64,000 bases of DNA from positions 1 through 64,000 of the IMG/VR virus record IMGVR_UViG_3300049460_000134, one strand, 5' to 3'. Origin of the DNA: a virus. Under the pieces are notes generated by a model, which had not been told where the DNA came from, did not search any database, and worked only from the letters and a program-made list of their open reading frames with translations. Both the position numbers and the translations under genes were made by a program. Shown piece by piece: positions 39,801 through 48,008 of this stretch. Each line of letters starts with the position of its first letter. Position 1 is the stretch's first letter.

Positions 39801-40098
39801 GCCGAAGGCTGGCAAGCAAGTTACAGCGGAAGAGATCGAGATGTATTGGCCGTATCTCGAGCGCGAGATCCAGATCCTCGAGCCGCCGACCATCATCCTG
39901 ATCGGCACATCGGTCATCCGGAAGTTCTTCCCTGACATGCAAGGCAAGGCATCCGACAACGCCGGCAAGGTGATCTACCACAAGGAGCTCGATGCAAACA
40001 TCGTCATCGGCTTCAATCCCGGCGAGATCCACTACGCACCCGAAAAGCAGGAGATCCTCGAGGACGCATTCGCGTCGGTTGTCGATCTCCTTGATTAA
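36745..40098 (+). CDS. dnaE: DNA polymerase III alpha (DnaE) with C-terminal UDG-family-4-like domain
   Basis: GPGRGSVGGSL, FERFINPERLDLPDADLDF, KMDILGL, YGFNKSHS; RBS AGGAG before ATG 36745. Confidence 0.95.
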   Translation: MQSILAARTDFSLGESILTAEKLVDIAVEQKATAVAITDTMSVTGMIDFTNRAKKQNVKPIIGVRLRMSDDPTWRPAKGEKKKHMPPEHFLTAYVLTEVGMKAIFRLLTKANGPDRFYYTAKLSYQDLYDELGKMLSGNLAIHLGETHGVLMHPAYEQIIEKLVLHLGEGYVYTPAIPINTPYFGAVNQRSEQIAIRYSLPPLVVRPAYYEANQADAHEIMGAISNGNKIEDGWHRSAHNRDFHVLGAQDLANEVIAAAKHLKLRGVQNAGNFFKRGLANTDRLVNEVEYEWSKQPVSLPQMAPDEFKAVVDECKKGWAERFSSEAFGHVPTKEELVEVYKPRLTYELEILKKLNFSGYFLLVQDVVQFSKKAGILVGPGRGSVGGSLVAYLMGITDCDPIRFGLLFERFINPERLDLPDADLDFMSERRHEVVEYLIQKHGEKRVAGVSNFGRLAAASSIRDVGRTFGIPEKEYSVSKYVPKLHGANVPLPGCAEQVPEIQAFADKYPAHWTIMERLEGTIRNMSQHAAGIVVGGVDLEERAVIEKRKGDSAVVCWDKRIVEDQGLVKMDILGLNTLDLISLVLQYIMERRQKKINLMKIPLDDPKVLENFAKGLTTGVFQFESSGMRKLLRELGADGTITFDDVTAATALYRPGPMESGMMDSYYKRKQGNEYVEYDHPLMEDVLKETFGVIVYQEQVMKISQVICGYSGADADKLRKIMGKKLPEEMKKERGKFCDGAVKTIQCTEEWAGALFDKIEGFAGYGFNKSHSVEYSLISWQSMWLKTHYPVEFFAAALTLMDQDKLPAILRDAARFGIEVSMPDINISTGRFEIATDVRLVIPFQRIKGISTNTTAAILAAREDGPFKNKADFLDRVNKTKCNKKHQEALDLVGAFCRIEVGQVASADPSRIRDQLELLPGLVTATVPINRTMPHDKATKEAIADVIADYKEALSEDGIMVQPCFGKRAQFMIIADAPTSAEEQEGLIGYGKTSAPVVDALAAHELSRDDAYWTAMLKRPKAGKQVTAEEIEMYWPYLEREIQILEPPTIILIGTSVIRKFFPDMQGKASDNAGKVIYHKELDANIVIGFNPGEIHYAPEKQEILEDAFASVVDLLD

Positions 40099-40150
40099 AC
40101 CAGCGCAACCCATTGTTTGAGCGCTATTATCACTGAAACAGGAGTTTCAA

Positions 40151-40687
40151 ATGTCAGAACAGAAAAAGGCCAAGACCATTACGGTCGTGGATTACGTCGA
40201 TGCCGCACAGTTGAAGGCCGATCTAGCCTACTCCACCGCGGACTTGTCGACAGCCTTCATGAAACAGGCCAGCCTCTTTGCGCACTACGGCATTCTTGCC
40301 GCCAAGGCCTCGCGCCAGGTGAACAATATCAAGATGCTGGTCGAGAACACCGAGGCGCAAGTGTCGCGCATCATCCGAGACGAGCTCGCAGCCACCGGCG
40401 CGAAAGTGACAGAAGGCAACATTGCCGCCCAGGTCACACGCCACGAGCGCGTCAGAGCGGCGCAGCGTGCGCTCAACGAGGCTCGCCAGATCGAGGACGT
40501 GACGAAGACGGCTGTCGAAGCCTTCCGTCACCGCCGCGATATGCTAATCCAGCAAGGCTTTATCCAACGTGAGGAAATGAAGGGAGAGTTGAAGATCGGC
40601 GCCGCCAACGAGCGCGCTCAGGACGTCGAGGACTTGAAAGCCGCCTACATGGCTCGCGCCAAGAACAAAAGTGCAGAAGCCGCGTAA
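40151..40687 (+). CDS. Helical protein, UvsY-like / recombination-associated hypothetical
   Basis: KVTEGNI...AVEAFRHRRDML; lies between dnaE and ssb. Confidence 0.5.
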   Translation: MSEQKKAKTITVVDYVDAAQLKADLAYSTADLSTAFMKQASLFAHYGILAAKASRQVNNIKMLVENTEAQVSRIIRDELAATGAKVTEGNIAAQVTRHERVRAAQRALNEARQIEDVTKTAVEAFRHRRDMLIQQGFIQREEMKGELKIGAANERAQDVEDLKAAYMARAKNKSAEAA

Positions 40688-40724
40688 AAAGACTAGCAGT
40701 CCGTGAATTTTTCGTTATTAACGT

Positions 40725-40745
40725 GTCAGTAAATACTGACTTACA
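40725..40745 (+). promoter_or_regulatory. Operator-like motif copy
   Basis: GTCAGT AAAT ACTGAC TTACA. Confidence 0.75.
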
Positions 40746-40761
40746 AATCGGAGTGAAGGAA

Positions 40762-41009
40762 ATGAAAATCGAAACCATCGTAGACTTCTTCAGAGCCTCT
40801 TCGGCATCGAGGACACGGTCGAGAGCATCGTCTCGCCGATCACCAAGATCGTCGACAAGCTGGAAAAGCACGAGAAGAAGTCCCTGGACGAAGCCCAGCG
40901 CCACGAAGAGGCCGCTCGCAAGGCCAAGGAAGCTGCCCTCCAGAAGAAGATCGTCGCCAACCGTGCTGCCGGCCAGCGCGTGAAATATTCCGCTCTCGTC
41001 GCTGAATAA
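40762..41009 (+). pseudogene. Small coiled-coil gene with an apparent 1-nt deletion near 40792
   Basis: MKIETIVDFF, then the -1 frame reads SLFGIEDTVESIVSPITKIVDKLEKHEKK...ALVAE* with typical codon usage. Confidence 0.6.
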
Positions 41010-41111
41010 AAGCGCGCAACCCTTCGAACTCTCGCTATTATGTTCTTAGCGAATTAGCGAATTCGCTAAGAACTAACGAACCAAAGAACCATCGAACCAA
41101 AGGACTTAGTT

Positions 41112-42053
41112 ATGGCTCTCTCTCCTGCTCTCCAGAAACTCGTTTCGAACGCTGCTAACAAGTATCAGCGCTCCAGCGGCGACCGCATCAAGCCGAAAGA
41201 AGGCATGAACCGTTACCGCATCGTCATTCCAAATCCTGACGAACAGTTCTGGGCAGATCTCGGCGTTCACTGGATCAAGGCTGAAGAAAACGGCAAGCCG
41301 TTCGCTGTCGTCGGTTGCTCCGACGTGTGCTTCGGTGAACCGTGCGAAATCGACACCGCGATCAACGAGGCGATCAAGAACGCCTTTGATGAAGAATCCC
41401 GCAAGCTCTATGAGAGCTGGCGCGCGAAGAAGACCGTTCTCCTGAACGTGCTCGATCGCTCCAAGGGCTCGTCTGATCCCGACAAGGTCCAGATCCTCGA
41501 AATCACCGGCGGCACGTTCGGTAACATCATGGGTCTGGTGCAGCAGTTCGCCGAAGAAGGCGTCGATCTTCTCGATGCAGTCGAAGGTATGGACATCATG
41601 ATTACGAAGACCGGCAAGGGTCTTCAGACCGAATACTCGGTCAACACGGCGCCTGGCGCTTCGAAGCCGGTCACGAAGGCTCATATGGGCGGCGTGAACG
41701 ACCTGAAGCAGCACATCAACCGTGAGTTCTTCAAGGGCGAAGAACAGAAGGCGCTGACCTTCATCGCGCAGACGGCACAGATCGACGTTCCGCGTCTCGG
41801 CTCTTCGGCCGCAAAGACGCCGACGGCTGCTCTGACTTCGCGTGCCGCTACCGTCAAGCAGCCGGTTGAAGAAGAACCTGCTGAAGAGCCGGTCGAAGTC
41901 GATGAAGGCGATATCGCTCAGGTCGAGCGTGAGGAAGCAGCTACCAAGCCTGCTCCGAAGAAGACTGTCGCTGCGGCAGTCGAAGAAGCCGCCGAAGCCG
42001 CCGTTGATGACGGTGACATCGACGACGTCCTCGCTGATCTGGACAACCTGTAA
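41112..42053 (+). CDS. Single-stranded DNA-binding protein (gp32-like)
   Basis: HWIK...C...PCEI, TGKGLQTEYSV, acidic tail DIDDVLADLDNL. Confidence 0.75.
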   Translation: MALSPALQKLVSNAANKYQRSSGDRIKPKEGMNRYRIVIPNPDEQFWADLGVHWIKAEENGKPFAVVGCSDVCFGEPCEIDTAINEAIKNAFDEESRKLYESWRAKKTVLLNVLDRSKGSSDPDKVQILEITGGTFGNIMGLVQQFAEEGVDLLDAVEGMDIMITKTGKGLQTEYSVNTAPGASKPVTKAHMGGVNDLKQHINREFFKGEEQKALTFIAQTAQIDVPRLGSSAAKTPTAALTSRAATVKQPVEEEPAEEPVEVDEGDIAQVEREEAATKPAPKKTVAAAVEEAAEAAVDDGDIDDVLADLDNL

Positions 42054-42058
42054 CCGCC

Positions 42059-42210
42059 GCTGCGCCGCGCGAAAACGCGCAGTTGGTCGGCAGCTCGGAT
42101 AGTCGCGCATCCGAGCTTGTCATCTGAGGCAGAGAGCCGCTCCTACACCGCTCTCTGACCTCCAAGCCGGAAGTGCTGCCCCGTTCTCTGCACTTCCGGC
42201 TTACTCTTTT
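42059..42210 (+). ncRNA. Four tandem hairpins (structured 3'UTR or sRNA) ending in a terminator-like stem
   Basis: Stems at 42059-42083, 42092-42117, 42126-42162 and 42164-42202, then ACTCTTTT. Confidence 0.5.
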
Positions 42211-42225
42211 CCAAAAGGTATTTCA

Positions 42226-43185
42226 ATGAACCGCTATCTGCTGATCGACGGCCCCAATATCACGCATGCCGCGAACAACACGAAAAAGCTGACTGTCGGC
42301 GACGTCCAGGTCCAGGCGGTCTATCAGTTTCTCCAAATTCTCCGGCGCATTCAGTCTGTTTACGCCTCCTACACGCCGATCGTTCTCTGGGACGGTGCTT
42401 CCTGGCGTCGCATGGCCTATCCTGAATACAAGGCTAATCGCGACAAGCCTGCCACCTCGCAGATTGAAATTCAGCAGAAGGAAGCTCGCGAGCAGGCACA
42501 GAAGCAGATGCCGGCAATCAAGAAGGCACTCGAGCTGCTTGGCGTTACGCAGATCAAGGCTGCGAACATGGAAGCAGACGACCTGGCCGCCATCGTTGGC
42601 GATCGCTACGCAGCCAAAGGCGCGAAGATCGTTCTCGTCTCCGGCGATAAGGATTGGGTGCAGCTCGTCAACGACAACATCATCTGGTTCGATCCGATCG
42701 TCGATCGCAAGATCCGCAAGTGGGAAGATATCAACGAGGCGCTCGGCTACGATCTCAAGGGCTTTCAGCAGTTCCTCGAAATGAAGTGCCTGTTTGGCGA
42801 CTCCGGCGACAACATTCCTGGCGTCGGTGGCGTTGGCGAGAAAGGCGCGATCGACTTCCTCAATCAGTATGGCTCGCTCGCGAACTTTTCCAACATGTGC
42901 ATCGACGGCTCGCTCGATCTGAAGAAGGTGCCGAAAAAGTATCGCAACCTTGTCGAAGACGAGGACCGGCGCATCAAGTTCGCTTTCAACATGAAGCTGA
43001 TGGACCTGCGCACGACGCAGCGCCCTGATCCGCTGAACCTCGCGGTCAACAAGGGCACGCCTGACATTCAGCGGTTCGAGAACTTCTGCAACCGCTTCCT
43101 CTTCAAGTCGATCACCAAGAACCTAACGGTCTGGGCGAGCGTCTTTCCAGCCCTCCATGAACTGCAACAGGAGCTAGCAGCATGA
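42226..43185 (+). CDS. 5'-3' exonuclease / flap endonuclease
   Basis: LIDG, YKANR, EADD, SGDKD, GDSGDNIPGVGGVGEK. Confidence 0.92.
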   Translation: MNRYLLIDGPNITHAANNTKKLTVGDVQVQAVYQFLQILRRIQSVYASYTPIVLWDGASWRRMAYPEYKANRDKPATSQIEIQQKEAREQAQKQMPAIKKALELLGVTQIKAANMEADDLAAIVGDRYAAKGAKIVLVSGDKDWVQLVNDNIIWFDPIVDRKIRKWEDINEALGYDLKGFQQFLEMKCLFGDSGDNIPGVGGVGEKGAIDFLNQYGSLANFSNMCIDGSLDLKKVPKKYRNLVEDEDRRIKFAFNMKLMDLRTTQRPDPLNLAVNKGTPDIQRFENFCNRFLFKSITKNLTVWASVFPALHELQQELAA

Positions 43186-43382
43186 TTACCCTCTCAATCC
43201 TATCGGTCGCACTGTTTGCGTGCGGCTGGTGCCTCGCAGTCGCTGTCATGCACGAAATGACAGAGCACCGCGGATATCCGGTCTACCTCGCCTCTCTGCT
43301 CTGGCCGTTTGTCGTCCTCTTCGTTCTTCTCCAGGCGATCTACGACTGGCTCAAGCACCTTTACGCCAGGAGATACGCATGA
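43182..43382 (+). CDS. Small membrane protein
   Basis: Two hydrophobic segments; ATGA coupling. Confidence 0.55.
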   Translation: MITLSILSVALFACGWCLAVAVMHEMTEHRGYPVYLASLLWPFVVLFVLLQAIYDWLKHLYARRYA

Positions 43383-43942
43383 GCGTCCAGAAGCTCGAAG
43401 AAGCGGTCTCGAAGGTCGCCGGTTCAGTCCAGGCACTGACGAAGTCCTTCGAGAAGATCGCCGCCGATGTCACTGAAGAAGATATGGAAAAGGCGTTCCA
43501 CTATCTCTACGGCATGTTCATCGCAGCGAAGGAACGCGCAGCACTCGATCACCGGATCGCGCAGGGCGTTTCACCGAAGTTCTCGCTGGCAGATATCAAG
43601 CTGCCGCCGAAGACAGTGATGATCCCGGCAGGCACCATTCAGCTCACGCCATCAGCCGCTCCGGCGCATCCCGTTCAGCAGGTTGTGGTCGCGGCGCCAA
43701 CCGAGACAGCCATTCCGGCGGAAGCAGTTGGCGCCGGTGGTGAAATCGATCTGAGCAAGGTCGATGGCAAGCAAGCAGCAAAGCTAATTGGCGGCCGCCT
43801 GACGCGTTCCGCCAAGGAAGCACTCCCCAGAACTCCTCGCGTGCGCAAATTCCAGTCAGTCAAAACTGACTTACACGACGAGGACGACGACGCTTCCGCC
43901 GATGACGAAAGCGAAGTCGATTTCATTGACGACAACGAGTAG
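43379..43942 (+). CDS. Hypothetical protein with acidic C-terminus
   Basis: AGGAG RBS, ATGA coupling. Confidence 0.6.
   Translation: MSVQKLEEAVSKVAGSVQALTKSFEKIAADVTEEDMEKAFHYLYGMFIAAKERAALDHRIAQGVSPKFSLADIKLPPKTVMIPAGTIQLTPSAAPAHPVQQVVVAAPTETAIPAEAVGAGGEIDLSKVDGKQAAKLIGGRLTRSAKEALPRTPRVRKFQSVKTDLHDEDDDASADDESEVDFIDDNE
43855..43875 (+). promoter_or_regulatory. Intragenic operator-like motif upstream of recA
   Basis: GTCAGT CAAA ACTGAC TTACA. Confidence 0.7.
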
Positions 43943-43952
43943 GAGACAAGAA

Positions 43953-45053
43953 ATGGCATCTGCAGACGATATCGCATCCGTTCTGGCAAGCGTCGTAGGC
44001 GAAAGCGACGAGCAATCGACGGTCACGCAGTATCTCGACACCGGCTTCCCGCCGCTCAATCATGCGCTCAGCCATCGCTGGGATGGCGGTCTGCCGGTCA
44101 AGCGCATCGTTGAAATCTACGGTCCTGAATCTTCCGGCAAGACCGCGCTCGCAACCTGCGCAATGGCTGATGCTCAGCGCCAGGGCGGCTTTGCCGGCTT
44201 CTCCGACCACGAGCGCTCCTTCGACCAGCCGCAGGGTGTCAACCTCGGCCTCTCGACCGATCCGAACAAGTGGCTCTACAAGAAGCCGAAGACGTTCGAA
44301 GAGTCGCTGGCTCTCTGCGTCAAGGTTGCAACCGCTCTGCGCGTCGGCAAGCTGATCGCTCCGGAAGCGCCGATCGCTTGGGTGTTCGACTCCCTCGCCT
44401 TCATGGTGCCGAACTCCGCACTCTACGAAATGAAGGCAGGCAAGGTCGTCAAGGAAAAGGATCCGAACGATCGTTCCATGCACGACAACACAGCTCTGGC
44501 TCGTGCAACGTCGGCTCACTTCCCGGCATTTGCTCAGCACGTCGAGGATCTCGGCATCTGCGCGATCTTCCTCAACCAGATCCGCATGAACATCGGCGTC
44601 GTCTACGGCAACCCTGAAACGACACCTGGCGGCAAGACGCCGAAATACGTGTTCTCGCAGCGTATTTCGCTCGGCTCTTCCAAGATCACCAAGGGCGACG
44701 GCGAGAATGCTGTGGTGCTCGGCGCACAGATCAAGGCCAAGGTCGTGAAGAACAAGGTCTCGCGTCCGTTCGAAACCGCCAAGTGGCGCTTCGAATTCCA
44801 GGACAACGGCCAGGGTCACTTTGCCATTGCTCGCTCGTTGATCGAGTTCCTCATCGGCGAGAAGATCCTCAAGCAGACCGGCGCCTACGTCCAGTGGACC
44901 GACGGCAAGAAGTATTTCGCAACCGCCCTTGCGAAGAAGGTCGAGGATGAAGGCCTCCTGGATGAGCTCAAGGCTCTGCTGCCGGCGGCTGAAGAATACG
45001 AGGCACCGGTCGAAGCTGGCAATGACGCCGAAGAGCAGGCTGAAGCCGCATAA
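43953..45053 (+). CDS. recA: RecA-like recombinase
   Basis: IVEIYGPESSGKT, FDSLA, IFLNQIR, TTPGG, VVKNKV. Confidence 0.93.
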   Translation: MASADDIASVLASVVGESDEQSTVTQYLDTGFPPLNHALSHRWDGGLPVKRIVEIYGPESSGKTALATCAMADAQRQGGFAGFSDHERSFDQPQGVNLGLSTDPNKWLYKKPKTFEESLALCVKVATALRVGKLIAPEAPIAWVFDSLAFMVPNSALYEMKAGKVVKEKDPNDRSMHDNTALARATSAHFPAFAQHVEDLGICAIFLNQIRMNIGVVYGNPETTPGGKTPKYVFSQRISLGSSKITKGDGENAVVLGAQIKAKVVKNKVSRPFETAKWRFEFQDNGQGHFAIARSLIEFLIGEKILKQTGAYVQWTDGKKYFATALAKKVEDEGLLDELKALLPAAEEYEAPVEAGNDAEEQAEAA

Positions 45054-45137
45054 GGAAAAATAGCGTCCTGCGATTCACTTCCGCTGATTTCACGCTATTA
45101 GTCTGTAACGAATTAGCGATTTAGCGGGGTGATTTGC

Positions 45138-45650
45138 ATGAAGGTTATTTCAATCTGGCAGCCCTGGGCGACACTGATCGTCCGGGGCTTCAAAATCTTT
45201 GAAACACGCACTTGGGCGCCGCCTCGTTCGGTGATCGGTCAGCGTATCGGGATTGCTGCGACGAAGAACCTTTTGCCGCAGCAGATGGCAGCATACAAAG
45301 ATCCGGATTTCCAGTTCATGTATCAGACGCTGGATCTGCCGCCGATCGAAGAGCTGCCGCGTGGTTATCTGCTCGGCACGGCTGAGCTGAACTCCTACGA
45401 AGTCATCACGGATGAGTTCCTGGAGGAGATCACGCTCGAAGAGAAAGCCTACGGTTGGTATAAGCCTGGCGGGTTTGCCTGGCGCATGATGAAGCCGGAA
45501 CTTCTCGACCATCCGATCCCGATCAAGGGCGCTCAAGGCCTTTATGAATGGAAGGGCTTCGAGAATGGCACGCAAACCGAAGGTCAGGTCAACGATCGTC
45601 CGCAAGGGTCGGCGGATCTACGGCCACATCTTTCACTTTGCCAATCGTGA
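45138..45650 (+). CDS. ASCH-domain protein
   Basis: ISIWQPWATLIVRGFKIFETRTW...IKGAQGLYEW. Confidence 0.85.
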   Translation: MKVISIWQPWATLIVRGFKIFETRTWAPPRSVIGQRIGIAATKNLLPQQMAAYKDPDFQFMYQTLDLPPIEELPRGYLLGTAELNSYEVITDEFLEEITLEEKAYGWYKPGGFAWRMMKPELLDHPIPIKGAQGLYEWKGFENGTQTEGQVNDRPQGSADLRPHLSLCQS

Positions 45651-45963
45651 CGTCTACCTCGCCAGTCGGAAGCTCGATCAGATCTTCCGGTCTGGTGAGA
45701 AGACCAATTCTGACGCCGTGCGCAACGACGTCGCTTGCTGGGCGATCGATGAGGAGACGCTCGGTGAAATGCGCCTGATGGGTATTCGATACGTCGGCGT
45801 GCGCGTGCGGCAGAACAACGACATTTACGTCACCTGCATCGACAATTTCTTCAACCGCAAACTCTCGAAATTCCTTGATTATGGCAGACGTGGTGGTGCA
45901 CAACAGCGCTACCTTCCCCTGCAGCATTTCAAATACTTGCCGGGTAAAGTTAAGATTAGATAG
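45565..45963 (+). CDS. Hypothetical protein
   Basis: Basic 132-aa ORF overlapping the ASCH 3' end. Confidence 0.55.
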   Translation: MARKPKVRSTIVRKGRRIYGHIFHFANRDVYLASRKLDQIFRSGEKTNSDAVRNDVACWAIDEETLGEMRLMGIRYVGVRVRQNNDIYVTCIDNFFNRKLSKFLDYGRRGGAQQRYLPLQHFKYLPGKVKIR

Positions 45964-45972
45964 GAGCAAACT

Positions 45973-46383
45973 TTGAAGCATTTCACTATCCACGTTCCAA
46001 AAGGCACGGATCTTCAGGACCGCCACGGCAATCGGGTGCAATCGGAAGGCGTTAACGTCAGTCTGGCCGCGCCAACGGTTGAAGCCGCACTGCTGCTCGG
46101 CTCTGTGATCTACGCGACCAGGATCGACGAAGATCCAATCACCACCTTCATCACTTCCCCTGCGACCAAGGGAAGCGAAATCCTTTCGGAGCTGATTGAG
46201 CGCGCCTCCGATATCTCCGGCACGATCGCAATTGAAGGCGGTGTGATTGTCGACAACTCTGAAAGCCTCGAGCTGTTTATTAGCGCATCCGAAAATGGCA
46301 AGAAGCGTTGGCTGCGGATGAGCGGCAACGGTTCGAATATGTCACCTTGGGATGTGGTCGAAGGGCTTCAGAAGATCTTCTGA
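45973..46383 (+). CDS. Hypothetical protein
   Basis: AGGAG RBS with TTG start. Confidence 0.55.
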   Translation: MKHFTIHVPKGTDLQDRHGNRVQSEGVNVSLAAPTVEAALLLGSVIYATRIDEDPITTFITSPATKGSEILSELIERASDISGTIAIEGGVIVDNSESLELFISASENGKKRWLRMSGNGSNMSPWDVVEGLQKIF

Positions 46384-46437
46384 GAATCCAATGCGAAGCG
46401 ACTTGCATCCCAAGTCGCTTTTCGTATAACTGCATTA

Positions 46438-46457
46438 GTAAGTAAAAATTGACTGAC
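46438..46457 (+). promoter_or_regulatory. Operator-like motif copy
   Basis: GTAAGT AAAA ATTGAC TGAC before the sbcD-like gene. Confidence 0.75.
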
Positions 46458-46472
46458 GAACAAGGAGCAGCA

Positions 46473-47570
46473 GTGAGCTACGTCATCCTCTCAGATATCC
46501 ACGCTCATAAGTGGACAATGTTCTCCAAGCCGACGGCCGAAGGCGTCAACGGGCGGCTGCAGATCATCATCGACGAGATCCTGCGCGCTGCAAAGCATGC
46601 CGTCTCGATCAAGGCATCGCATATCGTCATCGCTGGCGACATTCTGCACGTTCGCGGCTCGATCGACCCTGAAGTTCTCAATCCGCTCGAAGAGACTTTC
46701 GAGCAGGTGCTGGAAATGGGGCTCGATATCGCTGCGATCCCAGGCAATCACGACCTGGCCGGCAAGGAAACGACGAAGCTCGGCAATGCCATTCGCACCT
46801 TCGGCAAGCTCTCGAAGAAGGGCAAGTGCTTCATTGTCGATGAAAAGCCGACGATCCGCTGGATGGGCGATCACCTCATCGCAATGTTCCCCTTCCGCGC
46901 TTCCTACACCGATCTGCTCGCGGACATGCAAGTCATCGCTGACGAGCTCGGCGAGCGCGTGAAGGAAACGGACGCATTCATCCACTCTGGTATCGACGGC
47001 GTGTTGCCTGCCATGCCGGATCACGGTCTGACGGCGCAGATGCTTCAGACGTTCGGCTTCAGGAACGTCTTTGCCGGCGACTATCACAATTACAAGGATC
47101 TCGGCGGCGGCATCTATTCAATCGGCGCACTCACGCATCAGACCTGGGGTGATGTCGGTTCACGCGCTGGCTTCCTGGTGGTCGAGGATGACGGCACCAT
47201 CAAGCATATGGCAACGCACGCGCCGCGCTTCGTCGATGTCACCGGCATGACTGACGAGGAAGAAATGCTGTCGGCGGTCGCCGGCAACTATGTCCGCTTC
47301 TCCGCAAAGGACATGACGACGACTGAGATTGCAGAGATCCGCAAGTTCTTCGAAGGCGCCAATGCTGCCGGCGTGTCGATCATCGCCACTAAATCAGTTG
47401 TCACCGCTCGGAGACCCGGAGCCGCAAAGGCTGGTGCCTCGCTCGATGACTCGGTCACGGCGTTCGTCGACAACGACACCAATCTGCCGACCTTCATCGA
47501 TCGAGCCAGGCTGAAGTCCGCATGCGCTGACGTGCTCGCAAAAGCCAGATCGGTGCACGAAGAAGCCTAA
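46473..47570 (+). CDS. SbcD/Mre11-like nuclease
   Basis: SDIH, AGDILH, PGNHD, GDYHN, SIGAL. Confidence 0.88.
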   Translation: MSYVILSDIHAHKWTMFSKPTAEGVNGRLQIIIDEILRAAKHAVSIKASHIVIAGDILHVRGSIDPEVLNPLEETFEQVLEMGLDIAAIPGNHDLAGKETTKLGNAIRTFGKLSKKGKCFIVDEKPTIRWMGDHLIAMFPFRASYTDLLADMQVIADELGERVKETDAFIHSGIDGVLPAMPDHGLTAQMLQTFGFRNVFAGDYHNYKDLGGGIYSIGALTHQTWGDVGSRAGFLVVEDDGTIKHMATHAPRFVDVTGMTDEEEMLSAVAGNYVRFSAKDMTTTEIAEIRKFFEGANAAGVSIIATKSVVTARRPGAAKAGASLDDSVTAFVDNDTNLPTFIDRARLKSACADVLAKARSVHEEA

Positions 47571-47660
47571 TGACAAAGCACAGACTTACAATAACCGAAA
47601 GCTTCCCTGCGCGTGACGCGCTAGTGTGCGTTAACACGTTGAATTAACTAAGGAAAGAAC

Positions 47661-48008
47661 ATGCAGCTTTTCAGCATTGAGTATGACCAGTTGACGCTTG
47701 AGAGCCTTTTCGACGCCGATGGCAACTACGTCGAAACGGTCGAGTTGCGTCAGCGCCGACGCATTCACGATCTGCCGCTTCAGACGATGGCTATGTATCG
47801 CGAGAAGATGCAGGGGCTGAACTTCACGGTCGAGCGCCAGAGCGAAGTCTCGAATGAGCCGCTGAAGCGCGAGCGCCGCACTTATTCGCATAAAGGCGCT
47901 GCAAAGGCGCCTGTCAGCACGACGCCGGTCAAGTCGCGCCAGCAACAGATCAACGAAGCCGCTGCGTCCGGCAACATCGCTGCGGCAATTACAGCAGGAG
48001 CACGCTGA
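47661..48008 (+). CDS. Hypothetical protein ending INEAAASGNIAAAITAGAR
   Basis: RBS AAGGA. Confidence 0.6.
   Translation: MQLFSIEYDQLTLESLFDADGNYVETVELRQRRRIHDLPLQTMAMYREKMQGLNFTVERQSEVSNEPLKRERRTYSHKGAAKAPVSTTPVKSRQQQINEAAASGNIAAAITAGAR

Noticed and set aside
47631-47648. CtrA box TTAA...TTAAC
   Set aside because: The spacer is 9 nt, not the canonical 7.
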